Below are positions 27,260 through 36,673 of a stretch of 64,000 bases of DNA, piece by piece. The stretch spans positions 27,880 through 91,879 of the forward strand of contig JAGCUY010000001.1 in the NCBI GenBank assembly GCA_017962605.1, in the 5' to 3' direction. This stretch comes from Kiritimatiellia bacterium (GTDB lineage: Bacteria > Verrucomicrobiota > Kiritimatiellia > RFP12 > JAAYLN01). Numbering within the stretch: the stretch's first letter is position 1; each line of letters starts with the position of its first letter. Below the pieces are notes generated by a model. That model did no database searches. It was given only the letters and a program-made list of their open reading frames with translations, and was not told where the DNA came from. A program made the translations under genes and the position numbers.

Positions 27260-27721
27260 CTAGCAGGGCGCGCTTGCGGGGCGTGTCTGCGGCGCGACGC
27301 ATTGACGGGAAATCGTCGCCTTCCATCTCCCCGTCCCTGTAATTGAGGCGCCGTCGGCATGGCGGGCGATGATGAAATGGCAGCCGTTCCAGTATTCCGG
27401 CGGGCAGCCCCAGTTTTCGGGATAGGCGTCAAGGGGGTTGTAGTCGGAGAGGTTCGGACTTGCCTTCAGCACTGCGCCATCCGCGAGGTGCAACTCGACA
27501 TGAGGCCGCAGCCAGAGTGTACCGGAGACGAATGTCCCCGCAGGGATGATGACGGCACCCCCATTCCCTGCCGCGTCAATTGCCTTCTGGATCGCGGCGG
27601 CGTTCTCCGCCGCCGAATTCGTTTCCGCCGCGCCGAAGTCGCGGATGTCGAACTCAGCCAGTGCAGAATGTGCGGCGGCGAGAACGAGGCATTCTGCGAT
27701 AGAGGGGATTTGAATTTTCAT
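27260..27721 (-). pseudogene. Truncated GH28 (polygalacturonase-like) N-terminal remnant
   Basis: Signal peptide plus DFGAAETNSAAENAAAIQKAIDAAGNGGAVIIPAGTFVSGTLWL is the classic GH28 N-terminus. The frame degenerates after ITGTG and terminates at about 150 aa; intact GH28 enzymes are about 450 aa. Start overlaps the GH35 stop (ATGA). Confidence 0.55.
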
Positions 27722-29619
27722 TTTTGATACCTCAGCTCAGCGTAGCCGACTTCCATCGCGCCGAGGCGGAACTCATGCGATTTGCCCGATGCTAGCGTCA
27801 CGACGGTCGTCTGCGGCGAGGAATGAAGGTTGAGGGCGAAAACGCCGGTCGCGCCGCTCCCAAGGCGGTAGGCCGCGACGGGGACGTTGAGGTTGGACGA
27901 TGTCGCGACGGTTTTCGCGCCCAGCCATTCGACGAGCCGTCCCGCCATTTCTGCCTGAGGGAAGAAATGCGCCTTCCACTTCGCCCCGAACTGCGAGACG
28001 CGCCCAGCGCCGCATTGCCACCGGCACCCGTAAACGTCCGCGCCATCGGCGGAGAGGAGCGTCGCCTCGGCCCCAGCCTTGAGCGGCGTCTCGAAGCGCC
28101 GCAGGGGCTTGACGCCGAAGACGCGGAGTCCCTCGGCCACGCAGACCGGGCGGCGCTGCGTGTCCACGTCGCAGGCGGCCGCCGCCGGGGCGCCAACGGC
28201 ATCCGCCAGAATCGAGCAGGGGTTTCCGTCAAGGTCGGTGCGGGGGAAGTCGGGCGCGACGAGCAGCCCGCCGCCGGCCAGCACGAAGTCGGCGACTTTG
28301 CGCTGCGTTTCCGCCGACATGGCCTCCACGCCGGCCAGCACGAGCGGCTTCGTGGGGTCGAAGCCGTGGTCGAGCATGACGAACTGCGGGTGGAAGGGCG
28401 TCTGCATGAGCGAGTAGAACATCCCGTTATGCATAAACGCCTTGTCCGCCGGGGCGCAGCCCGCCTCGTTCGGCCATTCAAGCCCGATCTGCACCGATGT
28501 CTCGCGCACCGATTCAAGTAGTCCGGGGTGGCTTGCGAGGAACTTGCCGAACGCCATGAGCGAGTCGTAGGTCTCGTTCAGGGAGCCGTCCGCGTGGACG
28601 GGTGCGCCGTAGTCGTAGATGTCGGCGGTCGCCTCCGTCCCGGGGAAGTTCGGCCCGCCGGTGAAGATGTAATAGTTGATGCCGCGCAGGCCGGCGGCCA
28701 GGTTCGCCATGTGGCATGCGAGCAGATCAGCCTTCAGGACGGGCGCGAAGTCGCCGATGGTCCCGCTCTGGATTTCGAAGCCAACGGGCGGGAAGCCGTA
28801 GGCGCGCATGAGGTCGCATGCGTGGATGGCCTTGTGGAAGTATTCCGTCGATGGGCTTTCCGGCGTCGGGTTGAGCGTGTAGTAGTGGTCGTAGCCGAGG
28901 AGGAAATTGGACGTGCCTAGGCGGCGGACGCACGGCGCGTAGCATCCGGCGATGTCGGAGCTGCCCGCGTTGTGGCAGAACGGGCCGTGGACGCCGTCCT
29001 CCTCCAGCCAGCCGCGGAGGGTGTCGAGGTATTCAGCGCCCTGCTCTGCAAAAGCGCGCGTCATCGGCGCGCCCGACCACACGTGCAGCCCGAGCAGCTC
29101 GTTGTCCAGCTGGACGAGGGCGACCGGCCCGCCGTTTTCGGCCAGGTGCGGGCGGATCGCGTCGGCGGCGGCCTTCATCCAGCGCCGCGCCTTTTCAAGG
29201 AATACCGGGTGGCCGAAATCCACGGCGTAGGCGCTGAGCGGAGTCCCGTCCTCCTTCTTGAAGGCGATTTCGGGATGGCCCTCCATAAGCCATTGCGGCA
29301 GCCCCGCGTAAAGCAGTTCAGAGTATTGGTAGGGGCCTGGGCGGACAATCGCCATCAGCCCCTCCTCCTTCACCATGCTCAGGAATGCGTCAAGGTTGCG
29401 TTCGGGACGGTCGCCGAAGAGGATGCGGCCCTCCTCCGGCTCGTGGACGCACCAAGGGATGTATGTGGCAACGCAGTTGCCGCCCACGTCCTTCAGCAGC
29501 CGCAACCGCCGCCGCCAGTCGTCGTGCGGGACGCGGAAATAGTGGAACTCCCCCGAAATGAGGAACGTCCGCTTCCCGTCCACCGTGAGGCTGAGTTCGT
29601 CGAATGAAAGGTCTTTCAT
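27718..29619 (-). CDS. GH35 beta-galactosidase
   Basis: GEFHYFRVP, GGPVALVQLDNE(L) acid/base region. Start at MKDLSF (M13 of the track ORF) behind GGGAG. Confidence 0.75.
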   Translation of the reverse strand: MKDLSFDELSLTVDGKRTFLISGEFHYFRVPHDDWRRRLRLLKDVGGNCVATYIPWCVHEPEEGRILFGDRPERNLDAFLSMVKEEGLMAIVRPGPYQYSELLYAGLPQWLMEGHPEIAFKKEDGTPLSAYAVDFGHPVFLEKARRWMKAAADAIRPHLAENGGPVALVQLDNELLGLHVWSGAPMTRAFAEQGAEYLDTLRGWLEEDGVHGPFCHNAGSSDIAGCYAPCVRRLGTSNFLLGYDHYYTLNPTPESPSTEYFHKAIHACDLMRAYGFPPVGFEIQSGTIGDFAPVLKADLLACHMANLAAGLRGINYYIFTGGPNFPGTEATADIYDYGAPVHADGSLNETYDSLMAFGKFLASHPGLLESVRETSVQIGLEWPNEAGCAPADKAFMHNGMFYSLMQTPFHPQFVMLDHGFDPTKPLVLAGVEAMSAETQRKVADFVLAGGGLLVAPDFPRTDLDGNPCSILADAVGAPAAAACDVDTQRRPVCVAEGLRVFGVKPLRRFETPLKAGAEATLLSADGADVYGCRWQCGAGRVSQFGAKWKAHFFPQAEMAGRLVEWLGAKTVATSSNLNVPVAAYRLGSGATGVFALNLHSSPQTTVVTLASGKSHEFRLGAMEVGYAELRYQK

Positions 29620-29651
29620 TTCAGTTGCTCCCTGCGCGGCCGCGCGTCTTG

Positions 29652-32501
29652 TCACTTGCCGTCCGGCTTCGCCGTCGCGGCGTCGAAACCGTCATCGACG
29701 GTGAACTTCGCCATTCCCTCCGGACTCCATCCGTGCGTCCAGCCCTGGCACCAGAGAATTTGCTTCGGGACGCGCAGTTCGTTGTAGAGGACGGCCAACG
29801 AGGAGGGCGGCGAGACGTAGTCTCCCAGACGCGCGCCGCCGATCTTCACCGGGCACCGGATGCGGCGCGCGGCGAATACGGGGTCGAAGTAGGCCATGTC
29901 CGGGAACCAGCAGTCGGGGCGGTAGTGCGACTTCATGCGGCCCCGTTCGGTCTGGCCGGTCCAGTCGCACCCCCAGACGATGCTGACGTTGCAACGTGTT
30001 GCCTCCGGGCAGTGCGAGGCGGCGTGGAGGGCGTTCCACCCGCCCTGGCTGCCGCCGCCTAAAATGAGGTTTTCGCCGTCCCACTCCGGCAGGGTCTGAG
30101 CCCACTGCACCGCGCGGACGGCGCGCAGGATCATGCCGAGCCAGTAGCTTGTCTCGCGGTGCTTGTTCGTCTCCGGGTCGAATCCGTATGTCATCCCGTG
30201 CTCGACGCTCTTGAAGAACTTCTCCACATATTCCGCCCCCTTGCCAAGGTCGAAGCCGTGGCCATTGGACTCGAACTGGATGCGGTCGTGCGGGCCTCCG
30301 CCCGGCGCCTTCTGGTCTTCGCGGGACGCGCCGCGCCACCGGACTTCCACCGGGTAGCGCTTTTTGGCCGAGGCGTCAGCCGGGACGGTGAGCCATCCTG
30401 TCACGGGATGCCCGCCGGCGCAGGCGATTTTCACGGCGTAGAGGCGCACACCGGCGTCGCCGCACGGCGTCTGCCTGAGTTCCGCCTTCACAGGCACCTC
30501 CGCCAGGCGCGCCATCTGCGCGCTCCAGAACTCGTCGTAGTCCGCCGGCTCCGTCCCCGGCAAGAGCGCCTCCGGCGCGACTGCCGCCCCGCCCTCGAAG
30601 AAGACGCGCGGCTCCCAGCGGTGGTTCTTGCGGACGAGTTTCCCGTCCTTCGTCACCACATTCGCCGTCAGGCGGACGAATCCCGGCACGTCCATCTTCG
30701 TGCGGATGACGACCGGTTCGCCGTGCGTCGGGAGCGGGACGCGGCCATTCTCCGTGATGCCGTCGTCGCCGCGCCGCTTCCAGTCGATGAAGAAGGTGTC
30801 GGGCGGAAGCTCGCCCTTGAAGCCGTCAAGCGTGATGGAGAAGGCCATCTCCTCACCCGGCGCGAAGAAGGGGTTGTCGCGGCCAAGCGAGCCGACGAGC
30901 GTCGCCGCGCTCCAGTCGAGCTTCGACATGGCGAGGCCGTCGAGGACCGCGCGCTTGCGCGGGTTGTCGGGCGACGGGACGGTCCGCGCGTTGCGGCCGC
31001 GACTCAGCGCCTCGATTTCGACGTTCCAGCCGCGGAATTCGCGGTATTCGTGGTAGATCCAGTCCCAGCCCAGCTCCTCGAAGATGGAGATGCTGTCGCG
31101 TAGGTACTGGTCGGCGCCCTCGGCCCAGGCGACGGCGCTGAACTCGCCGACGAGAATCCGGCAGCTGTGCTCCTTCTGGAAGTCGATGACCGGCTTTAGG
31201 CCCTTGAGGATGAACTCGCGGTTCCAGCCGCGCGATTCGTCGGGCCACTTGCACACCTCGGCGTTCTCGTCGTAGATGCCCTGGTGCGTGAAGTCGTGCG
31301 GGTAGTAGGAGTGGACAGAGTAGATGACGTTGTCGAGGTCGAGCGCGGAGAGGGATTTGAACCAGGATGGGTCCCCGTGCATCGACTCGACCACGACGGG
31401 CGTGTCGCGGTCGAACTTCCTGATGGCGCGCGCCGTCCGCTCCATGAGGCCCACGAGGTCGCCGCCCTCGATGGCTGGCGAAAGGTGGCACGGCTCGTTC
31501 ATGAGGTCGTAGCCGTAGATCGCGTCGGCGCGCGGCGCGAACGCCTCGGCGATTCTCTCCCAGAACCAGACGAAGAGGTCGGCGCAGCCCTTGTCGTGGA
31601 ACATGCGCCAGTCGCGGTTCCACGCCGGCGGATCGCCCAGCGACGCCCTGCATTCGCCGCCGGCGGGGTGCCCAACGGGGATAAGCTTCATGCCGCGCGC
31701 ATGGGCCTCGTCGAGAATCTTCCCGACGTGTTCGATGTGGCCCTCCGTGGCCTCGCGGAAGCGCACGGTGTATGCCTCGAAGCTCTCGGACTCTTTCAGC
31801 CCTGGCATGTCCATGTGGTAGCGGATGATCTTCGGACCCCAGGACTCGAGGTTGTCCCAGGCGTCGCCGGCCATCTTGCCGATGGAGACGCCGCGCATCT
31901 GCGGCATGGAGGAGACGCGCGCCGGGTAGTTGACGCCGCGCCCGCGGTTGCGCAGCGGGACGAGCGGCTGCGGCTCGCGGACTCGAAGCGTCGAGAGGTC
32001 GCACTTGACCTCGCCGTGCGCATGGTCGATCCCGATCTGCAGGATGGGCTTGGCGCGGATTTTCTCGTTTCGGTCGGAAAACACCACCTCAGCCGGTCCG
32101 AAGTCGCCGGTAGGCTTCGGGCCCGGCGGCCAGGTCCGGTTGCCACCCATCTTCACGTCAAGGTAGCTCAAACTGAAGGTAAAGCCGCCGTGCGGCACCG
32201 TCTTGCCGCCGACGCCTTTGCCCTCCACGACGGCGGAGAGTTCGACCGCCTTGCCGTCATATTCAGTGAGGTCGAGTTCGGCCTCGGCGTAGGCCGTGCC
32301 GGGCTCGGCGCACGAGACCTTCAGGACGCCGCCCTCGATTTTCGCGCCGCCCTGCGCCTTCCACTTCGGCGCCGGAAGCGGCTTCCACCGGAACTGCGGC
32401 GCAAGCTCGACGCCGTCCACCTGCGCATTGGCCGCAAACGCGGCGAAAAGCGACGCGAACAGCGCCGCGCCGAATCCAAACGACTTGCAATTATTCATCA
32501 T
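29652..32501 (-). CDS. Secreted bifunctional enzyme: N-terminal accessory domain, GH5 catalytic domain, and a C-terminal acetyl-xylan-esterase-like (CE7/AXE1-like) alpha/beta-hydrolase domain
   Basis: Signal peptide MMNNCKSFGFGAALFASLFAAFAANA. DLMNEP and GEFSAV GH5 motifs. C-terminal GGGSQGGW (GxSQG nucleophile elbow) with a downstream His. Confidence 0.65.
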   Translation of the reverse strand: MMNNCKSFGFGAALFASLFAAFAANAQVDGVELAPQFRWKPLPAPKWKAQGGAKIEGGVLKVSCAEPGTAYAEAELDLTEYDGKAVELSAVVEGKGVGGKTVPHGGFTFSLSYLDVKMGGNRTWPPGPKPTGDFGPAEVVFSDRNEKIRAKPILQIGIDHAHGEVKCDLSTLRVREPQPLVPLRNRGRGVNYPARVSSMPQMRGVSIGKMAGDAWDNLESWGPKIIRYHMDMPGLKESESFEAYTVRFREATEGHIEHVGKILDEAHARGMKLIPVGHPAGGECRASLGDPPAWNRDWRMFHDKGCADLFVWFWERIAEAFAPRADAIYGYDLMNEPCHLSPAIEGGDLVGLMERTARAIRKFDRDTPVVVESMHGDPSWFKSLSALDLDNVIYSVHSYYPHDFTHQGIYDENAEVCKWPDESRGWNREFILKGLKPVIDFQKEHSCRILVGEFSAVAWAEGADQYLRDSISIFEELGWDWIYHEYREFRGWNVEIEALSRGRNARTVPSPDNPRKRAVLDGLAMSKLDWSAATLVGSLGRDNPFFAPGEEMAFSITLDGFKGELPPDTFFIDWKRRGDDGITENGRVPLPTHGEPVVIRTKMDVPGFVRLTANVVTKDGKLVRKNHRWEPRVFFEGGAAVAPEALLPGTEPADYDEFWSAQMARLAEVPVKAELRQTPCGDAGVRLYAVKIACAGGHPVTGWLTVPADASAKKRYPVEVRWRGASREDQKAPGGGPHDRIQFESNGHGFDLGKGAEYVEKFFKSVEHGMTYGFDPETNKHRETSYWLGMILRAVRAVQWAQTLPEWDGENLILGGGSQGGWNALHAASHCPEATRCNVSIVWGCDWTGQTERGRMKSHYRPDCWFPDMAYFDPVFAARRIRCPVKIGGARLGDYVSPPSSLAVLYNELRVPKQILWCQGWTHGWSPEGMAKFTVDDGFDAATAKPDGK

Positions 32502-32505
32502 TTAT

Positions 32506-34767
32506 CTACCGAAACGTCACGACAGTCGGCTGGATTCCGACTTCCTGACATTCGTAGCAGCCGAGGTCGGGGCGAGCATCGGCGGCGTAGGCCTTTCCGA
32601 GGAGGTTCACGAGGCGCGGTTCGCCGGCGAGGTCGGTGGAGCCGGCGGCCATCCAGTCGAGGACGAGGCCCTTCTCGCGGCAGGAGGATGTGGAGGCGAG
32701 GCGGTAGTCGCCGTTCGCCGCGTCGGCGAACTTCGGCGAACAGGTCATTACGCCGCTGTCGCTCGTGCCGCCAGAGACGGACTTCACGAGGCAGTTCGTC
32801 AGGATGTTGACGAAGCTTCCGCTGCTCGTGATGTCGGCGTTCGGGACGATGCAGTTCACGAGGACGTTCTGGCAGGATCGTGAACTGAACTTGCTGTCAA
32901 ACGCGCCCGTTAGGATTGTGCAGTTCTCGAAGCGCGATTTGCCGGAGAAGTCCGCGATCACGAAACCGGAGCCAGCGTTCTCGCCGATGAGGCACTGGCG
33001 CACCGTAACGGATGCCGATGCGCCTTCGGGGAAGATCAGTTGCGCCGTGCTCCACGACAGATTCGTGAACACGCAGTCGGAAATCAGGCAGTTCGAAGAG
33101 ATGGTGTGAATGACGCCGTAGCCATTGCCAGGCATCGCTCCCCCGAAGTCGCAGCCGGAGATGGTCGCGGAGTCTCCGACGATTTCGATGCTTCTGCCGT
33201 ATGACGCGGAAGAACCGCCGGCAAATGCGCAACCCTTGATTTGCGAGTAGATTCCGGCGTAGATGTCGCCGCCACGATAATTTTCACCCGTCGCCTTGTT
33301 GTCCGCGAAGCGGCAGCCGTCTATCTCGATGCACCGCTCTGCGGCGATTCCGCCGCCGGAGCGGGTGGCCGCCGTGTTGTTCGTGATGACGCAGTTCGCG
33401 ACGATGCACCTGTCGTTGGCGTTTTCGCTGTTCTGTTGGGTATAGATTGCGCCGCCGTTTGCCCCTGCGCTATTTGACGCAAATACGCAGTTCGATATGA
33501 CCGTGCCGTTTGCCGTGTAAGAGTGGATGGCGCCGCCGGAGCCATTGGTTGCGGCATTGTCGCGGAAAACGCAGTCGCGAATCGTCCCGACTTTCCCCTT
33601 GAAATACATGGCTCCGCCGCTCGTTGCGGAGCCGTTCACGAACGTGAGGCCGTCGAAGACGAAGCCGTCGGCGCCGGATGCGTCCGATGAACTGCTGAAA
33701 TGGCGGCAGAGCCCTTGCGCGTCGATGACGGCTTCGCCTTCGGCGTCTGGCTTTTTGGCCACGGTGAGGTTCGCCTTCGTGATGTCGATCTGCTCGAAAA
33801 TCGGGTGTGTCCCCGGCATGAGGAGGATCGTCTCACCGGGAATCGCCGCAGCGAAGGCGGTTGCAATGTTCGTCGCAGGGTCGTCCCAGGAGCGGAATGT
33901 TGCGTCCGCCGACTGGACGTAGCTGTGTTGCGCTATCCATTCGGCGGAGGCGACACAGCGGGCGTTGTCGAGCGGGAAGTCCGGATCCTCCGCCATTGCT
34001 ATCGTCCCGTAGTTGTCGCGGTGGACGGCAAGCGGCGCCGTTGCGCCGCCGCTGACGCGGTTTGGTTCCGCCACTGAGCTGCCTGCCAGCGGCCAGTAAA
34101 CCTCAAGGCCGTTCTCGAAGCCGCCAGCGCGCCGAGTCTTCAGCGTCGCCACCTCGGTTGGCGAAAGCGCACGGCTCCATACGGTGATCTCGGCGACGGA
34201 CCCGGCATACATCGAGTTGTTCGCATATCCGCCGGTACTCCAGTTGCCGCCAATCGTGACGTGGTTGCCGGACACTGGGGCCACCGCCGGGCCGACGATG
34301 GAGGCTCCAGACACCTCGGCCTTGAGTTCGCCGTCAATGTAGAGGCGCTGGAAGGAGTTGGCGGAGTTGTTCGGGTCGTAGTTGAACGTGCAGCAGTAGA
34401 AATGCCATGCCGTTTCCTCAAGGGTGCGACGCCCGTTGGCGAGCGTCGCAGTTACGACCTCGGTCGTGCCCTCGGACAGATTTGATTGGGCAACCCTGAA
34501 ACGCAAGGTGTTTTCTGAACTTTGGCACCAAAGCGACACGTTCTGGCTGTAGAACGGATAGCAGGCGTATTTGTTTTTCATCCCCTTGACCCACACGCCG
34601 AAGGAGAAGGAGTTGGTAAGGCACTGGCCGTACCAAGTCGTGTGGAGCGCCGCGCCTTTCGTGTTGTCGGTTGGGTCGCCGACAACGGCGCAGTTGTTGG
34701 CCGCGGAGGCCGTGAAGGTGGCGGCCGCGAACGTCGCGGCTGCGAGTATGGTAGTGCATTTATTCAT
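32506..34767 (-). CDS. Secreted protein: N-terminal LamG/concanavalin-like domain followed by right-handed parallel beta-helix (PbH1) repeats
   Basis: Signal peptide MNKCTTILAAATFAAATFTASA. Repeated ...NCVFASNSAGANGGAIY.../...NCVITNNTAATRSGGGI... turns. Start coordinate approximate (M86 of the track ORF). Confidence 0.6.
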   Translation of the reverse strand: MNKCTTILAAATFAAATFTASAANNCAVVGDPTDNTKGAALHTTWYGQCLTNSFSFGVWVKGMKNKYACYPFYSQNVSLWCQSSENTLRFRVAQSNLSEGTTEVVTATLANGRRTLEETAWHFYCCTFNYDPNNSANSFQRLYIDGELKAEVSGASIVGPAVAPVSGNHVTIGGNWSTGGYANNSMYAGSVAEITVWSRALSPTEVATLKTRRAGGFENGLEVYWPLAGSSVAEPNRVSGGATAPLAVHRDNYGTIAMAEDPDFPLDNARCVASAEWIAQHSYVQSADATFRSWDDPATNIATAFAAAIPGETILLMPGTHPIFEQIDITKANLTVAKKPDAEGEAVIDAQGLCRHFSSSSDASGADGFVFDGLTFVNGSATSGGAMYFKGKVGTIRDCVFRDNAATNGSGGAIHSYTANGTVISNCVFASNSAGANGGAIYTQQNSENANDRCIVANCVITNNTAATRSGGGIAAERCIEIDGCRFADNKATGENYRGGDIYAGIYSQIKGCAFAGGSSASYGRSIEIVGDSATISGCDFGGAMPGNGYGVIHTISSNCLISDCVFTNLSWSTAQLIFPEGASASVTVRQCLIGENAGSGFVIADFSGKSRFENCTILTGAFDSKFSSRSCQNVLVNCIVPNADITSSGSFVNILTNCLVKSVSGGTSDSGVMTCSPKFADAANGDYRLASTSSCREKGLVLDWMAAGSTDLAGEPRLVNLLGKAYAADARPDLGCYECQEVGIQPTVVTFR

Positions 34768-34940
34768 GGTAGTTTTCAACCTTTCGCAATCAATGATAGC
34801 AAATGTCCGCGAAAACCGTATATCGGATTGTGCATAATTTTCTGCATAAATTGTGAAGCGGAGAAAATGGGCGGAAATTGGCTTGCGGCCCGCGCGGCGT
34901 TGTGGTATGATGGAAGCCATCGAAGACAAGGAGCGCGAAC

Positions 34941-36650
34941 ATGGAAAGCACCCCGGACAAACCGACCCCCGCGAGAAAGCCGCTGCCAGTAGGCAACAGC
35001 GACTGGCCGCATGTCGCCGCACACAACTGGCTGGCCGACAAGACGCAGCTCATCTCCGGGCTGCTCGACCGCGACGCCACGGTCGCGCTCTTCACGCGCC
35101 CGCGCCGCTTCGGCAAGACCTTCGCGATAAGGATGCTCCGGACGTTCTTCGAGAAGACTCCCGAGAGCAACGCGCACCTCTTCGAGGGAACCAGGGTCTG
35201 GGAAAATCCCGAACACCGCGCCGAGCAGGGCAGATACCCCGTCATTTCCATCACCTTCAAGGATGCGAAGGGGGCGGACTGGAAGTCAACCTGCACGTTC
35301 ATCGAATATGCCGTGGCCCAGGAGTTCCTCAGGCACGAGGACGTGTTCGCCTCTCCGGAATGCAAGGCGGAATGGCGGGCCGCGTCGGACGCGATTCGCA
35401 TGGGCCGCTCCACCGATGCGCAGTTGTCCTCGTCGCTAGGAATCCTCGCCGCCGCCCTCCACGCCCACTACGGCGAGAAGCCCGTCATCCTCATCGACGA
35501 ATACGACTCGCCCATCAATTGGGCCGCGACGCGCGGCTTCGGCGAGGATGCGCTGCAGTTCTTCCGCAACTTCCTCTCCGCCGCCATGAAGGACGGAGAG
35601 CACTGCCGACTCGGCGTCATCACCGGCATTCTGCGCGTCGCGAAGGAGGGCGTCCTTTCGGGGCTGAACAACATCAAGGTCCATTCCGTCTTCGAGAAGG
35701 ACTTCGCCGACTGCTTCGGATTCACCGAGGAGGAGGTGCAGGGCCTGCTAGCCACCTACGGGCACCCGGAGAAAATGCCCGAGGCGAAGGACTGGTACGA
35801 CGGCTACCGCTTCGGGGGCCTGGAAATCTACAATCCATGGTCGCTCCTCAACTATGTCGATGACGGCTTTACGCCCAAGGCCTACTGGACAAGCACCAGC
35901 AGCAACGACCTCGTGACGGATGTCCTTTCGCGCATGACGCCCCGGCGGCGCGATGAACTCGCCGACATGTTCGAGAAGGGGGAATGCCTCGTCCCGTGTC
36001 CCGGCGACCTCGGCCCCTACGGCACCATCCAGAACGAGCCGCGCCGCATTTGGCCACTTTTGGTGCATACGGGATACCTGAAAGTCCTCTCCGGGCCGGA
36101 CGACAACGACCAGGCGAAGCTTGCCTTCCCGAACAAGGAACTCCGGCGCGTGTTCAGGGACGAGATTCTCAATCCGATGTGCCGCGTGCCGACGATCGGC
36201 GACGACCTCCAGGACATCCTTGCCTCACTGACACGCGGCGACGCGGAGAAGTTCCGCAAGTCCATCGAGGCGTTCCTCGTCTCGTCCGCCAGCTACTTCG
36301 ACATGGCGCATGAGGACTTCTTCCATGGGCTGCTGCTGGGGCTGCTGGCGTTGGGGCGGGACTACTATGAAATCAAGTCCAACCGCGAGGAGGGCGACGG
36401 CCGCCCCGACATCGCGATGAAGCCTCGCCCGAACGTCCAACTGCCCGGAGTCATCCTCGAGTTCAAGACGCCGAAAGTGCCGCCGCGCGCGTCGCAGAAG
36501 CGCATCGATGCGCTTCTTGCCGCCGCGGCCCGCGAGGCCCGCGACCAGATCGACGAGAAACGCTACGCGGTGGAGATGGAGGCCGCCGGCCTCCGCGTCC
36601 TCAAATACGGCATCGGATTCCTCGGCAAGCGCGTCGCGCTGGCGAAGTAG
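34941..36650 (+). CDS. AAA-ATPase-like domain protein (PF09820-like) with a C-terminal PD-(D/E)XK nuclease-family domain (PF08011-like)
   Basis: N-terminal YFVDKTQLI-like signature (WLADKTQLISGLLD ... FTRPRRFGKTF) and C-terminal E..DGRPDIAM...LEFK, typical of this widespread two-domain family. Confidence 0.65.
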   Translation: MESTPDKPTPARKPLPVGNSDWPHVAAHNWLADKTQLISGLLDRDATVALFTRPRRFGKTFAIRMLRTFFEKTPESNAHLFEGTRVWENPEHRAEQGRYPVISITFKDAKGADWKSTCTFIEYAVAQEFLRHEDVFASPECKAEWRAASDAIRMGRSTDAQLSSSLGILAAALHAHYGEKPVILIDEYDSPINWAATRGFGEDALQFFRNFLSAAMKDGEHCRLGVITGILRVAKEGVLSGLNNIKVHSVFEKDFADCFGFTEEEVQGLLATYGHPEKMPEAKDWYDGYRFGGLEIYNPWSLLNYVDDGFTPKAYWTSTSSNDLVTDVLSRMTPRRRDELADMFEKGECLVPCPGDLGPYGTIQNEPRRIWPLLVHTGYLKVLSGPDDNDQAKLAFPNKELRRVFRDEILNPMCRVPTIGDDLQDILASLTRGDAEKFRKSIEAFLVSSASYFDMAHEDFFHGLLLGLLALGRDYYEIKSNREEGDGRPDIAMKPRPNVQLPGVILEFKTPKVPPRASQKRIDALLAAAAREARDQIDEKRYAVEMEAAGLRVLKYGIGFLGKRVALAK

Positions 36651-36673
36651 CGGCAGAGGGCTTTGTTCAAGGA

